DNA of 64,000 nt, taken from NCBI GenBank assembly GCA_964578605.1, contig CAZODO010000014.1, positions 6,102-70,101 on the forward strand. The letters run 5' to 3'. Both the position numbers and the translations under genes were made by a program. Source of the stretch: an uncultured Verrucomicrobiota bacterium (GTDB lineage Bacteria > Verrucomicrobiota > Verrucomicrobiia > Limisphaerales > SIBE01). Below are positions 1 through 9,613 of this stretch, in pieces (the first letter of the stretch is position 1; the number at the start of each line of letters is the position of its first letter). The notes under the pieces were generated by a model. The model was not told the DNA's origin. It did no database searches and worked only from the letters and a program-made list of their open reading frames with translations.

Positions 1-187
1 GGCTTCCAAAATAGCGTTCGATCTCGATCGTGCCGGCGTCGACCTCGGGGCTGGCGGTTGTGAGAACGTGCACGGCGGCGAAGCCCTCCGGGCCGGGTGG
101 CAGAAGGTGAAAAGCCTCCGGGACAACGGCCCAGGAGGTGCCCAGGGAGCACAGGAGGATAGGACGGTTGGGGGCGGAGGAGCCCAT
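1..187 (-). CDS. CARF-domain protein, N-terminal fragment running off the left edge (Cas_NE0113/Csx-like)
   Basis: My own minus-strand translation from the ATG at 185-187 gives [44 protein letters not shown]... The 'ILLxxLGTSxAVVPE' stretch resembles the first strand-loop of CARF/Rossmann-like CRISPR ancillary proteins. The ATG overlaps the TAA stop of the upstream Card1-like gene (TAATG). It is absent from the ORF track because it is truncated. Confidence 0.4.
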   Translation of the reverse strand, partial: MGSSAPNRPILLCSLGTSWAVVPEAFHLLPPGPEGFAAVHVLTTASPEVDAGTIEIERYFGS

Positions 188-1392
188 TATGGATTTGTGG
201 CTGAGGGCTGGGGGCGCGGCGTGAAGCGCGCCTGGAGGTCCGCGAGGTCGCTTAAGTTGGCCGGTTCGGTTGGAAAGAGGAGGGCCTGAAAGCCCGCGAC
301 AAGCTCGCGTTTTACGACAACAGCGATCCCGTTGAGGCGCGCGAACTGCAGGACTTCCCCGGGCAATTCGGCAGCGCGGGCGCAGACGACGCTTCCCAGG
401 AGACCTCCGGCCTCGCGGACGGCGAGAAGGTCTTCTTTCAGTGCTTTGATCTGCCCAATGGCGAGTTGGCTCTGGATCATGCCCAGGAGCTTGTCCGCCT
501 GCGGATGAAGGGGCGGTTTAAGCAGGCGGCGGAGGCTCGAAGCGAGGTCTTCGACCGGGCGCCGGTCTTTGCAGTCCACGAGCCAGAGCCGTCCGTCCCA
601 AACGAAGAGGAGGTCGATCTCGGCGTGAGGCGACCGTGTGCTCACCTGGTGGGACGACTTGACCTTCAGCCGCAGGCTGCGCTGCACCTGCTTGACGCCC
701 AAGGCAAGCAGCACCGCGGCAACGGTGAATTCAAGGCGGTCACCCTCTTTGTCCTCGCGGTCCGCTTCACCCGAGATCAGAAGCCAGGCACGCGGGTCCG
801 CGCCGTCCGTGAACGCCTCAAAACGACGCTGGCCAGCAGCGGTCCGGCCTGGATCGTTCAACGTCAGCTTCTGCCCGGGGCGCTCGACGACCGAGGCGTC
901 GAGTTGGCACCGCAGGAGTTCGACGGGATCGAGATCATCCGTGAGATGGCCGTCGACGCGTTCGAGCCGGGTCGTCATCTCGCCTTCGCGCGGTTCGAAC
1001 CAAGTGACCTGGTTGCGCCGCTCGAGATAGAACGTCCGGACACCGCGTTTGGCAGCCCATCGGAACGCGGCCATTGCCATCAGCTTGTTGCCGCCGGTGA
1101 AATTGAGGACGCACTCGGCGAGGGGGAGTTGGTGGGAGACCTGGATCTCGTCCAACCGGCGTTCGATGGCGGCGAAATCCGTGTCGGACACGGGTTCCAT
1201 GCGGGCGGTGCCGGGAGGGACAAGTCCGGAGGCGTCAAAGAAGCGCTTCACCCGCTGCGCGGGCCCCTTGGATTCCGCGGCGTCGTCACTGTGGAGCAGA
1301 AGGATCCGGCTGGGCTTGGGATTGAGGTGCGCCACCGCCAAGACCTGCGGCCAGATCTGGCGGGAGGCGAGGGAGAGAAGGGTTAGAGGCAT
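187..1392 (-). CDS. CARF + PD-(D/E)xK nuclease, Card1/Can2-like cyclic-oligoadenylate-activated effector
   Basis: 401-aa ORF. The N-terminus looks like a Rossmann-like CARF domain ([16 protein letters not shown]...ILLLHSDD). The C-terminus has a restriction-endonuclease-like motif ([21 protein letters not shown], i.e. D...DxK). It lies directly downstream of the cmr operon. Confidence 0.7.
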   Translation of the reverse strand: MPLTLLSLASRQIWPQVLAVAHLNPKPSRILLLHSDDAAESKGPAQRVKRFFDASGLVPPGTARMEPVSDTDFAAIERRLDEIQVSHQLPLAECVLNFTGGNKLMAMAAFRWAAKRGVRTFYLERRNQVTWFEPREGEMTTRLERVDGHLTDDLDPVELLRCQLDASVVERPGQKLTLNDPGRTAAGQRRFEAFTDGADPRAWLLISGEADREDKEGDRLEFTVAAVLLALGVKQVQRSLRLKVKSSHQVSTRSPHAEIDLLFVWDGRLWLVDCKDRRPVEDLASSLRRLLKPPLHPQADKLLGMIQSQLAIGQIKALKEDLLAVREAGGLLGSVVCARAAELPGEVLQFARLNGIAVVVKRELVAGFQALLFPTEPANLSDLADLQARFTPRPQPSATNP

Positions 1393-1606
1393 AGGCTGAG
1401 CGACGCGTCAAGGGCAATAGTTCCAGTATCGAGACCAGTCGAGCGAGACGAAGCTTTCGGGGTCGCATTTGGTGGGGCGCCTCCCCCGCAACCTGGCGAG
1501 GCTTGACTTCCGCCCAGCTACGCTGCCGCGGCGCCGCTCAGGGGAGGTTCGCGACCGACGGCTTGGCATGGACGGGGAACGAGGCATACGCATTAAGAAC
1601 ACGCGG

Positions 1607-2422
1607 TCAGAGCGCCTCCCAAGTCTCGGGCTTGCTTCGGTGCCCGCGGAGGAACCGACGCGCTTCTTCCAGAACGCGAGGATCCGATGCAAAGGCCAGC
1701 AAGCGCAGTTGCTTCTCGAGGCGCACCACCTTGAACTTCAGCGCCGAGGCCAGGCGGTCGCGGCCCCGGGCGTAACCAAACACCCAATCGGGACTCTTCA
1801 CCGTGTCGGTCGCCGCGGCACGCAACTTATCCAGTGTCGAACCCACTTCATTCCCCACGAGCATGACGGGCCAGCGGCAGCCGACTTCATCCAGTCGCGC
1901 TCTTAAGGCTTTGGCGGTCTGAGGCGCGGCCCCATTTGCCGGCCAGATGTTGCCTCCGCTCCGGTTGGCACGAAGACCGAGGGCTCCCAGCAGCAGCCAG
2001 GTTTCCAGAGCGTTCACGACTTTGCTTTCCAGTTCGGGCGGCAAAGAGCCGAAACGTGTGAGAATCTCGAGACGGAAACGAGCTCCAGGGGGAAAGGCCG
2101 CTTGGGGGCTTGCCGGGCCACCGTGCTTATGCGGGAGGGTGGGGATATTTGACGGACGCTGTGCTTGGAATCCCCTGATCCTGAAGACAAGCGGAGAAGC
2201 GGTGGCGACTCCTTGAACGCCCCCAAACGCATGTTTCTCCCAAACCCGAATGTTACGTAGGGCTTGCTCGTTCGCGCCGCCCGGCAGCTTCTGGTATTCC
2301 AAGGCCCGGAACCACCATCGAACCACTCCGCGAATGGAGGGTACGCGAAGCTCCGGAGTGTCTTGGTATGCGCCGCGATTGAAGAGCGGGGTGAGAATCT
2401 CGATGTCGCGTTCCCATTGCAT
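1607..2422 (-). CDS. cmr1: Type III-B RAMP protein Cmr1
   Basis: 271 aa. RAMP signature SIRGVVRWWFRAL near the N-terminus and a G-rich loop GALGLRANRSGG. Its start lies 3 nt after the cmr6 stop, and it is the last gene of the cmr2-3-4-5-6-1 string. Confidence 0.7.
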   Translation of the reverse strand: MQWERDIEILTPLFNRGAYQDTPELRVPSIRGVVRWWFRALEYQKLPGGANEQALRNIRVWEKHAFGGVQGVATASPLVFRIRGFQAQRPSNIPTLPHKHGGPASPQAAFPPGARFRLEILTRFGSLPPELESKVVNALETWLLLGALGLRANRSGGNIWPANGAAPQTAKALRARLDEVGCRWPVMLVGNEVGSTLDKLRAAATDTVKSPDWVFGYARGRDRLASALKFKVVRLEKQLRLLAFASDPRVLEEARRFLRGHRSKPETWEAL

Positions 2423-2425
2423 AGT

Positions 2426-3760
2426 TCAGGAGAGCTTAAGGCCGAGGCGGGCCAGAATTTGCTGGCCGGACGTTCCGGCGCGGCCGGATGTGAACGCCTG
2501 CCAGTACGGGCTGTTCTTCCGGAGTCGTTTCCGCTCGTTGGCTGGAACAAGCGATTCAAATGCCTGCCGGAGATTGGCATCGTCCAGCGCGGCCAAGCGG
2601 GGCAGTGCCCCGGGGAAGTTGTCTTTGTTGGCGAGGCTCTTGAACAAAGTGACAACTTCGGTCGCCGGGGTGGCGGCTGTCGTGCGAACGGCTTCCTTCC
2701 GAACCTCCGCTGTAGGCGACCCCACGGCCGTTCTCGATGGAACACGTCCGAGTTCGAACCATCCGTACCCGGCGGCCGTTTTTGCCCCGACGCCCCGACG
2801 AGTCACCGCATCTTCCAGCCAAAGGCGGGCTTGGCCAAGGAGTCCTTCTGAGGTGACATTTGGAACGTGGGGCGCCCTGTTGAGCAAGACGGCAAAACCA
2901 AAAGTTGAACCTGCTTCCACGGCAGGAAAATAGTTCGGCAGGGGACTCTCGGAATCCTCCGCGCGAGCCGCCCTCCCGCTGTAGTACTGTGGATAGTGGG
3001 GGTTAACCATATCTGCAGCAAGGGTTGGAAGCGTGGTGGGATAGGCCGGGAGGAAGCAGGCGCAGCCCTTGAATTCCTCGGCGCCAATTTCTCGGGCCGA
3101 ATTCCGGGCAGACGAAAGGCCGGCTGCCCACGCAAAGTCGCCGGTCACATCGTTCGCACCGTATCCAAACAAGAGCATGGCCGCCAGCAGTTGGCAGTCC
3201 TTCTCCGCTGCCGACGCTTCCTTGATTTCCCACAGGGCGTGCGCCCGAGTGATTCCCTTGACAGCGCTGCCGGGAATCAATGGCAGGCCAAAGCAGCGGT
3301 CGAGAGAAATACCAGCATTCTCAATGACGCCGCCCGCCAGGTTAATCATCACACGACCGCCCAACGTTGCCTCGAAAGTGGCGATCGAACCACCATAGGA
3401 GTGATTCAACTGCTGCAAAAACGATTGGGCGTTCTGGATGCATGCCGCCGAAAGCCGCGACTCCGGTGGAGCGGTGTTCGCCATCTTGTCGGCAATCTCC
3501 GCCTGGCGCAACTGCTTGTCGGCCTTCTCAGGGTTCGCGCTTCTTCTGGCGGAATCGCGCAGGCGCTGGGCATCCCGCCGCAGCAAGTCGGCACCGCGTG
3601 TGACAATCCGCAGAACGCTCCATCGGGCCGCGTCGTCCACTTTAGAGGGCTCACCCCATACTTTTGGCAGGCCAAACTTCTCGTGGAGGAGGGAGCGATT
3701 CTCCACGCCTTCCGCCCAGTTGCCGATCAACTCGGCAACATCCTTAGACATTGGAATCAT
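2426..3760 (-). CDS. cmr6: Type III-B RAMP protein Cmr6 with an unusual C-terminal extension
   Basis: N-terminal NRSLLHEKF block, then FGLPLIPGSAVKGITR and the G-rich loop GVGAKTAAGYGWFE. I chose the ATG at 3760 because it is preceded by GGAGGTGGAA. The longest ORF starts at ATG 3799, and ATG 3751 is another option. Confidence 0.8.
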   Translation of the reverse strand: MIPMSKDVAELIGNWAEGVENRSLLHEKFGLPKVWGEPSKVDDAARWSVLRIVTRGADLLRRDAQRLRDSARRSANPEKADKQLRQAEIADKMANTAPPESRLSAACIQNAQSFLQQLNHSYGGSIATFEATLGGRVMINLAGGVIENAGISLDRCFGLPLIPGSAVKGITRAHALWEIKEASAAEKDCQLLAAMLLFGYGANDVTGDFAWAAGLSSARNSAREIGAEEFKGCACFLPAYPTTLPTLAADMVNPHYPQYYSGRAARAEDSESPLPNYFPAVEAGSTFGFAVLLNRAPHVPNVTSEGLLGQARLWLEDAVTRRGVGAKTAAGYGWFELGRVPSRTAVGSPTAEVRKEAVRTTAATPATEVVTLFKSLANKDNFPGALPRLAALDDANLRQAFESLVPANERKRLRKNSPYWQAFTSGRAGTSGQQILARLGLKLS

Positions 3761-4139
3761 TTCCACCTCCCTCGGGAAGCTGTACGAAACGTCGGGCATA
3801 GCTCAGCCATGCGAGCGCCTCGCTCGTGGCGAGTTTGAGGACTTGGCTGTCGGCCTCCCTGGAGAGGAAGTCCAGCAGCTTGTCCAAGTCATCGGCCTTC
3901 TCGGGTGCGATCCCAATTTCCGGGTGAGCCAGGTGTCGCGCGATACTGTTGAAACAGGACCGCCAGCCGCTGTCTTGCTTTTGGGCGTAGGCGAATGCAC
4001 CCGCTGCCAGGAGCCCATTGCTCATGACGAGCGCCGGAAGCTTGCTCAGGACGTTGCCGCCTTGCTTGCCTCGCGTGTTCTCTCCCGCTCTGGCATAGGC
4101 GAGAGCGTTGGCCGCTCGGATCTGTTCAAGATTCTTCAT
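3744..4139 (-). CDS. cmr5: Type III-B small subunit Cmr5
   Basis: About 131-aa ORF between cmr4 and cmr6 (MKNLEQIRAANALAYA...LPALVMSNGLLAAGAFAYA). Size and position fit Cmr5. The ATG at 4139 lies 7 nt after the cmr4 stop. Confidence 0.7.
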   Translation of the reverse strand: MKNLEQIRAANALAYARAGENTRGKQGGNVLSKLPALVMSNGLLAAGAFAYAQKQDSGWRSCFNSIARHLAHPEIGIAPEKADDLDKLLDFLSREADSQVLKLATSEALAWLSYARRFVQLPEGGGNDSNV

Positions 4140-4146
4140 GTGCTTG

Positions 4147-5007
4147 TCATGCAAGTTTGACGGTGCAAAAACCAAGTCCGGTTGTTCCGTCCCCGCCGAA
4201 CTGCAGGAGCGGCCTTCTTAGGAAGAGATCGATGAGGAGGTCCAATTCGCCGTTCTCGCGGGCCAGAGTTGTCAGTGGGGCGAAGAACAGTGCTTCGGCG
4301 GGAACGGCTTCGAGGTTGAACAGAGCACTCGGCTTGACGGTTCCTTTCTGTGGATCAATCCCGACGTGTTGGCTGACTTCACAGGCCTGCTGGACGAAAT
4401 GGGCAAAATCACCGTTGCTCAGCAAAACAAATCGCCCTTTCGCGGCTTGCCAGACCTGGTCATCCAGAAGCTTCAGCAATTCCGTTTCCCAATTCCCTGG
4501 AAAGCGGCCCGTTTCGTCTGCGGTTCGGGAAAACTTATACTCTTCGAGCACCACCCCGGTCTTGCCGTTACGGGTAGTGGTCACAAGGTCACCGGCCAGG
4601 CAAGACATGTCACGCGGTTCATCGGGAACCTCGACATCCGCCAATCCACCATGATCCCGTTTCAATCGATCCAAAGCCAGAGGACATGTTGCCATCGCAA
4701 AGCTGCCTTTGGCCGAGCGGACGGGAAACGTCAGCAGCTTGCCTTCGCCGAACGACACTCTACCGGCGCTGAACTCCTTCGAGCCGCTACCGTAGCCTTC
4801 GCCAAAAATGTCATTGACGCGCGTCGTGGTCTTTGGGTCCCGAGTGGCTGCATCGCGTAGAACGCCTTTCAAGCTTGTTCCCGGAATCACCGGGAACCCG
4901 GTATGGCGCTCTCGGACGATGGGTTGGTCGATGGCGCCGACGCTGGCGCCGGCGCCCACGTGCAGGGGCGTTCGTGTGAACAGATAGAGGATTCTGGTTT
5001 GGTTCAT
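4147..5007 (-). CDS. cmr4: Type III-B backbone RAMP Cmr4
   Basis: 286 aa. LFTRTPLHVGAG...GAIDQPIVRE...FPVIPGTSLKGVLRD, with a C-terminal G-rich loop FGGDGTTGLGF. Confidence 0.85.
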   Translation of the reverse strand: MNQTRILYLFTRTPLHVGAGASVGAIDQPIVRERHTGFPVIPGTSLKGVLRDAATRDPKTTTRVNDIFGEGYGSGSKEFSAGRVSFGEGKLLTFPVRSAKGSFAMATCPLALDRLKRDHGGLADVEVPDEPRDMSCLAGDLVTTTRNGKTGVVLEEYKFSRTADETGRFPGNWETELLKLLDDQVWQAAKGRFVLLSNGDFAHFVQQACEVSQHVGIDPQKGTVKPSALFNLEAVPAEALFFAPLTTLARENGELDLLIDLFLRRPLLQFGGDGTTGLGFCTVKLA

Positions 5008-5030
5008 AGCTGGATTCTACTTGGGACGGG

Positions 5031-6518
5031 TTACAATCGCGGTTCGGCGGACGTCCTGTGACGTGCGGTGCCGGTTGGGTCGGAAGGTTCGATCAGGGGT
5101 TCGGACTGGCGGCAGAACTCCCATGTCCCGCAGACCCCCAGTCCAAAGCCTTTCTCCCCCATGAGGGTGCTGCGCCGGTTCTTGATCTCCGAACCCTCGC
5201 CTTCGCCGTGCCAGTTGAGGGCGTTCGCGAGGGCGTCTGCGGATGCCTCGCTCTCCGCTTCGAAATAGTAAACGGCACCGGCTGGCACAGCCAGGTGCGT
5301 GGATTTGGCGCCGCCTTGGGACCGATCGGTGTCATTGGGGAGCGCCCAACCGGTGACCACGAGGGGCTTCGGCACTAGCGCGGCCACCAACCGGGCGCCG
5401 ATGGCGGTCGTCCCTTCCTCGCTGTTGTAGCCCTTGCCGGAATAGTTCAGCGAGCGCCGCTCTTTTCTGACCGCCTCGGGGACGGTGCGCAACAAGACCG
5501 CGCCGGTTTCCGGGGAAATCCAGTTGGGCAGCCAGCCGCCAGGATGGCCGCGGACGGTGGTGCCGCGTGGCGAAACTCCGGGGCGAATCTCGGGCCACAG
5601 TGCGGGCGATAACAGGACCCATTTCACGAGCCAGCGGCGTCGCCCTTCAGAATCGGAAGTCGTGAATCCGCCGGTCAATCCTCGCGGGAGGGGCAAACCA
5701 TCGGTGGGCGCGTCTTCGCGAGTCGCGGTACACACGCGTTGCTGACCGCCCACGACAATTCGGGCCGGACGGCCGTCCAAGAGGTCGAGGATCAGGTCGT
5801 GCTTCGCGTGTTCCGGTGAAAGGCGTTTATCCTCCGCGCGGGCGACGAGGCCAAGTCGGAATCCCTCGCGCAACCGAAGGTAGTGGGCGGAGTAAATCTG
5901 GCCCTCGGCGCTTCCCCGGCCGGTGGTTTGGGTTTCGGGATCGATGGCGATGCCGATCTGGGCTTCGCGATCGGCGATCTGTTCGTCTTCCAGAAAATCC
6001 GTGACCCTGTCGAACGTATCCCCCCGAAGGTAGGCTTCATAGGCGTGGCGGCTGATCCAAGGCTCGCCCCCCGCGTTCTTGTCCGGCGCCTGCGTGTTGG
6101 CGACCGCGTAGAGAAGGGGAAGGGGAAGGGAACTGTCCTTTCTCCAGTTCCCGGTCGCGGGCTGGAGTGTTACGCATACCGATCCAAGAGTCTGCGCGTC
6201 TTTTGGGCGGGGGAAGAACCATTTGTTTTCAGGACTGAGAGATCCGTTCGACGACAAGACCCGCACAGGGAACGGGCCGACGGTGGCAAGCGCACCGAAC
6301 TTGCGGTCTCGGTGATCGTCCTGATAATGGCCGCTGCGTCCTCGCCGGTGAGAATGGGCTTCTGCGGCAAAACCCGCGCGCCAAAGCGCTGCGTGCAAGG
6401 CGTGGCTGGTGACGTCCGGGAGAGGCCAGGCGGCACTGTGCCCGGCGAGCGAGCCGGACATGGGGCGCCCGTCGCGGAAGAAGAGCACGTCAGTGGGTTG
6501 CAGATAGATCAAGTGCAT
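5031..6518 (-). CDS. cmr3: Type III-B Cmr3
   Basis: 495 aa. N-terminal LQPTDVLFFRDGRPM and C-terminal GEKGFGLGVCG. Its start lies 2 nt after the cas10 stop. Confidence 0.75.
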   Translation of the reverse strand: MHLIYLQPTDVLFFRDGRPMSGSLAGHSAAWPLPDVTSHALHAALWRAGFAAEAHSHRRGRSGHYQDDHRDRKFGALATVGPFPVRVLSSNGSLSPENKWFFPRPKDAQTLGSVCVTLQPATGNWRKDSSLPLPLLYAVANTQAPDKNAGGEPWISRHAYEAYLRGDTFDRVTDFLEDEQIADREAQIGIAIDPETQTTGRGSAEGQIYSAHYLRLREGFRLGLVARAEDKRLSPEHAKHDLILDLLDGRPARIVVGGQQRVCTATREDAPTDGLPLPRGLTGGFTTSDSEGRRRWLVKWVLLSPALWPEIRPGVSPRGTTVRGHPGGWLPNWISPETGAVLLRTVPEAVRKERRSLNYSGKGYNSEEGTTAIGARLVAALVPKPLVVTGWALPNDTDRSQGGAKSTHLAVPAGAVYYFEAESEASADALANALNWHGEGEGSEIKNRRSTLMGEKGFGLGVCGTWEFCRQSEPLIEPSDPTGTARHRTSAEPRL

Positions 6519-6520
6519 GG

Positions 6521-9500
6521 CTAGGCCGGTGAGGTTGGTTTGGCGAAAGGCTCGGATGGGATCGGTGTGGAAGGCGGTACTTCGCCAGGCTGGGAGCGGT
6601 TTCTGTCAACAAAGGCCGCCGTTTGGCAAAGCCCGATCAGCGCCCGGAGCGGTGCATCGACGGGCAGTCGTTCCAACCGCCGTTGGGCGTGAGGGGCAAG
6701 GCGAGCCCAGCCGCCTCGCTCGGCTTTCGCTTGATCCAGGGCGCCTTGGGCACCTCGACGGACGGTCTCCAGATAGCCCACGAGCGGCGATGTGTCCCCC
6801 GTGGGAGGTTCCGTCATGGACGCCAATCCCGTCCCGGCATTCCCGGGGTGTCCTTGCCCTTGCCGCTCCAGGGCATGGCGGATTTCACGGAGGGCAATGT
6901 CAACGACTGGGAATCCGTCAACCGCGGCGAGACTCTCGCCAGAGAGCGCGCTGGTCTCGGTCAGGTAAGGTTGAAGCAACTCGATGACCCGGTGGGGAAA
7001 TCTGCCGCTGACCTCGCCCGATCCCATGGCCTGCATGATCGCGTCGTAGACTTCCAGACCTCCAGAATCCCATTGGCACCCCCATTCGATGATTTCGCCG
7101 GAGCGTTTCATCAAGGTGACCGCCACGGCGCGCCGCCCCAATTGGTTCTTGGCCCGTTTCTCGGCCGATTGGGCCGCCCGCACCACGTCCTGCAGCGGCG
7201 ATTTGAAATGGGCGATCGCGATCCCCACAGAGCAATCGGCGGCCGGGCCGGGGACGAGGAAGGGAATTGGACGCCCGCGCTGGTCCTTCCCCTCGGGCGA
7301 GACCAGGAAGCCCGGTCCTTGGTTTTGGAAAAGAGTTTCACCGCCAGGGCCTGCCACGGGGCGGCCCTGGAAGGCGGTGCGCAGAGCGCTCGCGCATTTC
7401 AGGGCCGCTTCCGCGGGAACGAAGGCGAGGACGTCGTCGCCCCCCGCGTAAACCAGGCGGCCCTGGAAAGCTTCGATGATCGGCCGGGCGCAGCGCAGGG
7501 CGAAATTGCTGAGCGCCTCGCTAAACTGCAGGTGGTAGCTCGGTGAGACAAGGCGGCGCGTGCCCAACAAGCCCTTGAAGCGGGCTTGAAGCATGCCGTG
7601 CCCATCCGGATCGCTCGCCCGGCGAAAATACTCCAGGGCCCCTTGAGGCTGCGACTCTGTGCTGTCCAGGTAGGCGGCAAACTGGGTTTCGTAAAAGGGC
7701 GTCCTGTCTCCGGAGATCCATCGGCCGATCTGATCACCGTCAAGCGCCATGACGGCAAAGTACTTACCGCCAGGTGTGTCATCGTCCGTGGTTTCCAGGC
7801 TATCCTCTGAATCGTTTGCGAAGGGCTGACTCGCGGCAATGGCGCGGGTGTTGGGCATAGGGAATTGGCTCCGATTCGCTTTGAGGCGCCATTTCTCGTG
7901 GAGCCAAGACCAATGCCAAACACGTTTGACCAGGGTGATGGCTCCCACTTCATCGTCGTGCTTGAAAAGCCTCCCCCATTCGGAATCCAGCTTTGAAACT
8001 CTTTCGACGAAGCCTGAGCCGCCAAAGAGCATCTCCTCGCGGCCGGTCAGCGCGTCTTTGTTTTGCGCCACACCTGGCTCGTGCTGGTCCCCGTGGTCCC
8101 AGGCGGGAAACTTGCGAGTTTGGCGCACACTGTCCAGTTCCCACGACGCAAGCGCAGCGGCCAGTGCCCAGGCCAGGCCGCGATTGTTGAGCTGATCCCT
8201 CGGGCCCCCCTCGCCGTCGACGTAGTAGCGGGGATCTCGATGGTCGATGGGCATCGCCCCAGTTGCCGCGGCTTTGACCATGTCGAATCGTTGCAGCAGG
8301 TCTGGTTCAGTCTTGGAGTCGCCCGCGGCAGCCTGGGGTTCTGACCCACTCCGGTCAGGCTCAAGCCGAGGAAGTTGTTTTGCCAGCGTGCGCGCCTGTT
8401 CCAGCGTTTCTGGCCACGCGAAACTGTGCCAGGACATATCGAGGAGCCGGCGGGTGTGTGCGTGGAATCGGTCCTCGGCCGCTTTGCGATTCAGTGCGGG
8501 CGGGAGGAACTCAAGCAGGCCTCCATCTGCGACCTTATCCCAGACGGACCGGCAGATGGCGCGCCATTCCGCTTGGATGGCGTCGGAGACGATGGCGCCG
8601 AGTTCGGCCGCGCGTGGCGCGGGCACGACAGCGAAGAAGACGTTCGGTAAACTCGGCGTGAGCAGATCCATGTCGGAATTCCCGCCCCCTTGGCTCCGGC
8701 GGGTTGACCAGGCGTTTCCATGGATGAATTCCCACACCGGTTGGCTGCCAATTCGCACTTTGCTCCAAAGTTCGTCCCGCCAGAGCAGATCGAAGAGGGG
8801 TTGCCCACGGAGGTTGGGAAAAATCACGGTGTCCGGCCCAACCTCCTCCGCCAGGCGCTTGATGCCGGCGGCCATGAGCCACGACAGGAGATAGCTGCCG
8901 CTCCAGAGGTCCCGAGTGCTGCGGGCCTGGGCAATGAATTCCTGAACTGGGCCGAGCTGGAATTTGAGAAAAGCCGGTCGCAGAGGGGCTTGGCGCAATG
9001 CACGGCTCAACGCCTCAGGAGAATCGAAGTCGGCCGCGCCCTCCACGAGGGCGGTCCCGGCGAGGGCAGATACGACGGCGTTGTGATTCCAGATTGTATG
9101 ATCCGGAAGGCGCGTATCGGCGGGGAGGAACGCGAAACGCGCGTCGTACTCCTCCGCAAAACCGGGCCAGAGCCGCCAATGGGCAAAGAAGCGCGCTCTC
9201 CAGAGTTGGGCTTCGTCCCAATCTTCGGGCCACTGACGCAAGACAGGCTGAACACAGGCGTCAGTCCCTTCCAGAGCGTCATAGCCCGTAACTTCGTCCC
9301 CTGGCCCAAACCTCAGGACAGCGTCTTTCGTTTCGGTCCTGTCGGGGCCCATGGGGTGATGGAACCCGGCTCGGACCCCGTCAAACGCGCAGGTCAATCC
9401 CGCGCTCCGCGACGCTGGAAACGGGAACCGGTCCGCGCTGGAGGCGGTGATGTCCGCCTGCTTGCTGAACGCCCGGAGTTCCTCGTCCGTAAAGCCGGCT

Positions 9501-9613
9501 GCTCGCATCGCTGATTCGGAGCGCAGTTCGTGGGTTCGAATATCCGCGCACTTGCTCGGTGGATCATGGAGATAGGCCAGAAGTTTTCTTTTCCAGAAGG
9601 TGGCGTTGTTCAT
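6521..9613 (-). CDS. cas10: Cas10/Cmr2 large subunit (HD-like N-terminus plus cyclase palm)
   Basis: 1030 aa. N-terminal KLLAYLHDPPSK (HD dipeptide where Cmr2 proteins carry it). Palm motifs MALDGDQIG and YAGGDDVLAFVP (GGDD). Confidence 0.85.
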   Translation of the reverse strand: MNNATFWKRKLLAYLHDPPSKCADIRTHELRSESAMRAAGFTDEELRAFSKQADITASSADRFPFPASRSAGLTCAFDGVRAGFHHPMGPDRTETKDAVLRFGPGDEVTGYDALEGTDACVQPVLRQWPEDWDEAQLWRARFFAHWRLWPGFAEEYDARFAFLPADTRLPDHTIWNHNAVVSALAGTALVEGAADFDSPEALSRALRQAPLRPAFLKFQLGPVQEFIAQARSTRDLWSGSYLLSWLMAAGIKRLAEEVGPDTVIFPNLRGQPLFDLLWRDELWSKVRIGSQPVWEFIHGNAWSTRRSQGGGNSDMDLLTPSLPNVFFAVVPAPRAAELGAIVSDAIQAEWRAICRSVWDKVADGGLLEFLPPALNRKAAEDRFHAHTRRLLDMSWHSFAWPETLEQARTLAKQLPRLEPDRSGSEPQAAAGDSKTEPDLLQRFDMVKAAATGAMPIDHRDPRYYVDGEGGPRDQLNNRGLAWALAAALASWELDSVRQTRKFPAWDHGDQHEPGVAQNKDALTGREEMLFGGSGFVERVSKLDSEWGRLFKHDDEVGAITLVKRVWHWSWLHEKWRLKANRSQFPMPNTRAIAASQPFANDSEDSLETTDDDTPGGKYFAVMALDGDQIGRWISGDRTPFYETQFAAYLDSTESQPQGALEYFRRASDPDGHGMLQARFKGLLGTRRLVSPSYHLQFSEALSNFALRCARPIIEAFQGRLVYAGGDDVLAFVPAEAALKCASALRTAFQGRPVAGPGGETLFQNQGPGFLVSPEGKDQRGRPIPFLVPGPAADCSVGIAIAHFKSPLQDVVRAAQSAEKRAKNQLGRRAVAVTLMKRSGEIIEWGCQWDSGGLEVYDAIMQAMGSGEVSGRFPHRVIELLQPYLTETSALSGESLAAVDGFPVVDIALREIRHALERQGQGHPGNAGTGLASMTEPPTGDTSPLVGYLETVRRGAQGALDQAKAERGGWARLAPHAQRRLERLPVDAPLRALIGLCQTAAFVDRNRSQPGEVPPSTPIPSEPFAKPTSPA

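Noticed and set aside
466-1386. 306-aa ORF on the plus strand, plus many similar 60-350-aa ORFs throughout (e.g. 16350-17303, 26311-27369, 29602-30432, 40581-41309)
   Set aside because: All overlap, in antisense or out of frame, genes with strong family signatures. They are Arg/Gly/Pro-rich low-complexity translations.
1420-1449. Repeat-like 30-mer gttccagtatcgagaccagtcgagcgagac in the cmr1-card1 spacer (a possible solitary CRISPR repeat)
   Set aside because: I could find only one copy in the window and no adjacent spacer-repeat periodicity. The resemblance to a CRISPR repeat is superficial.
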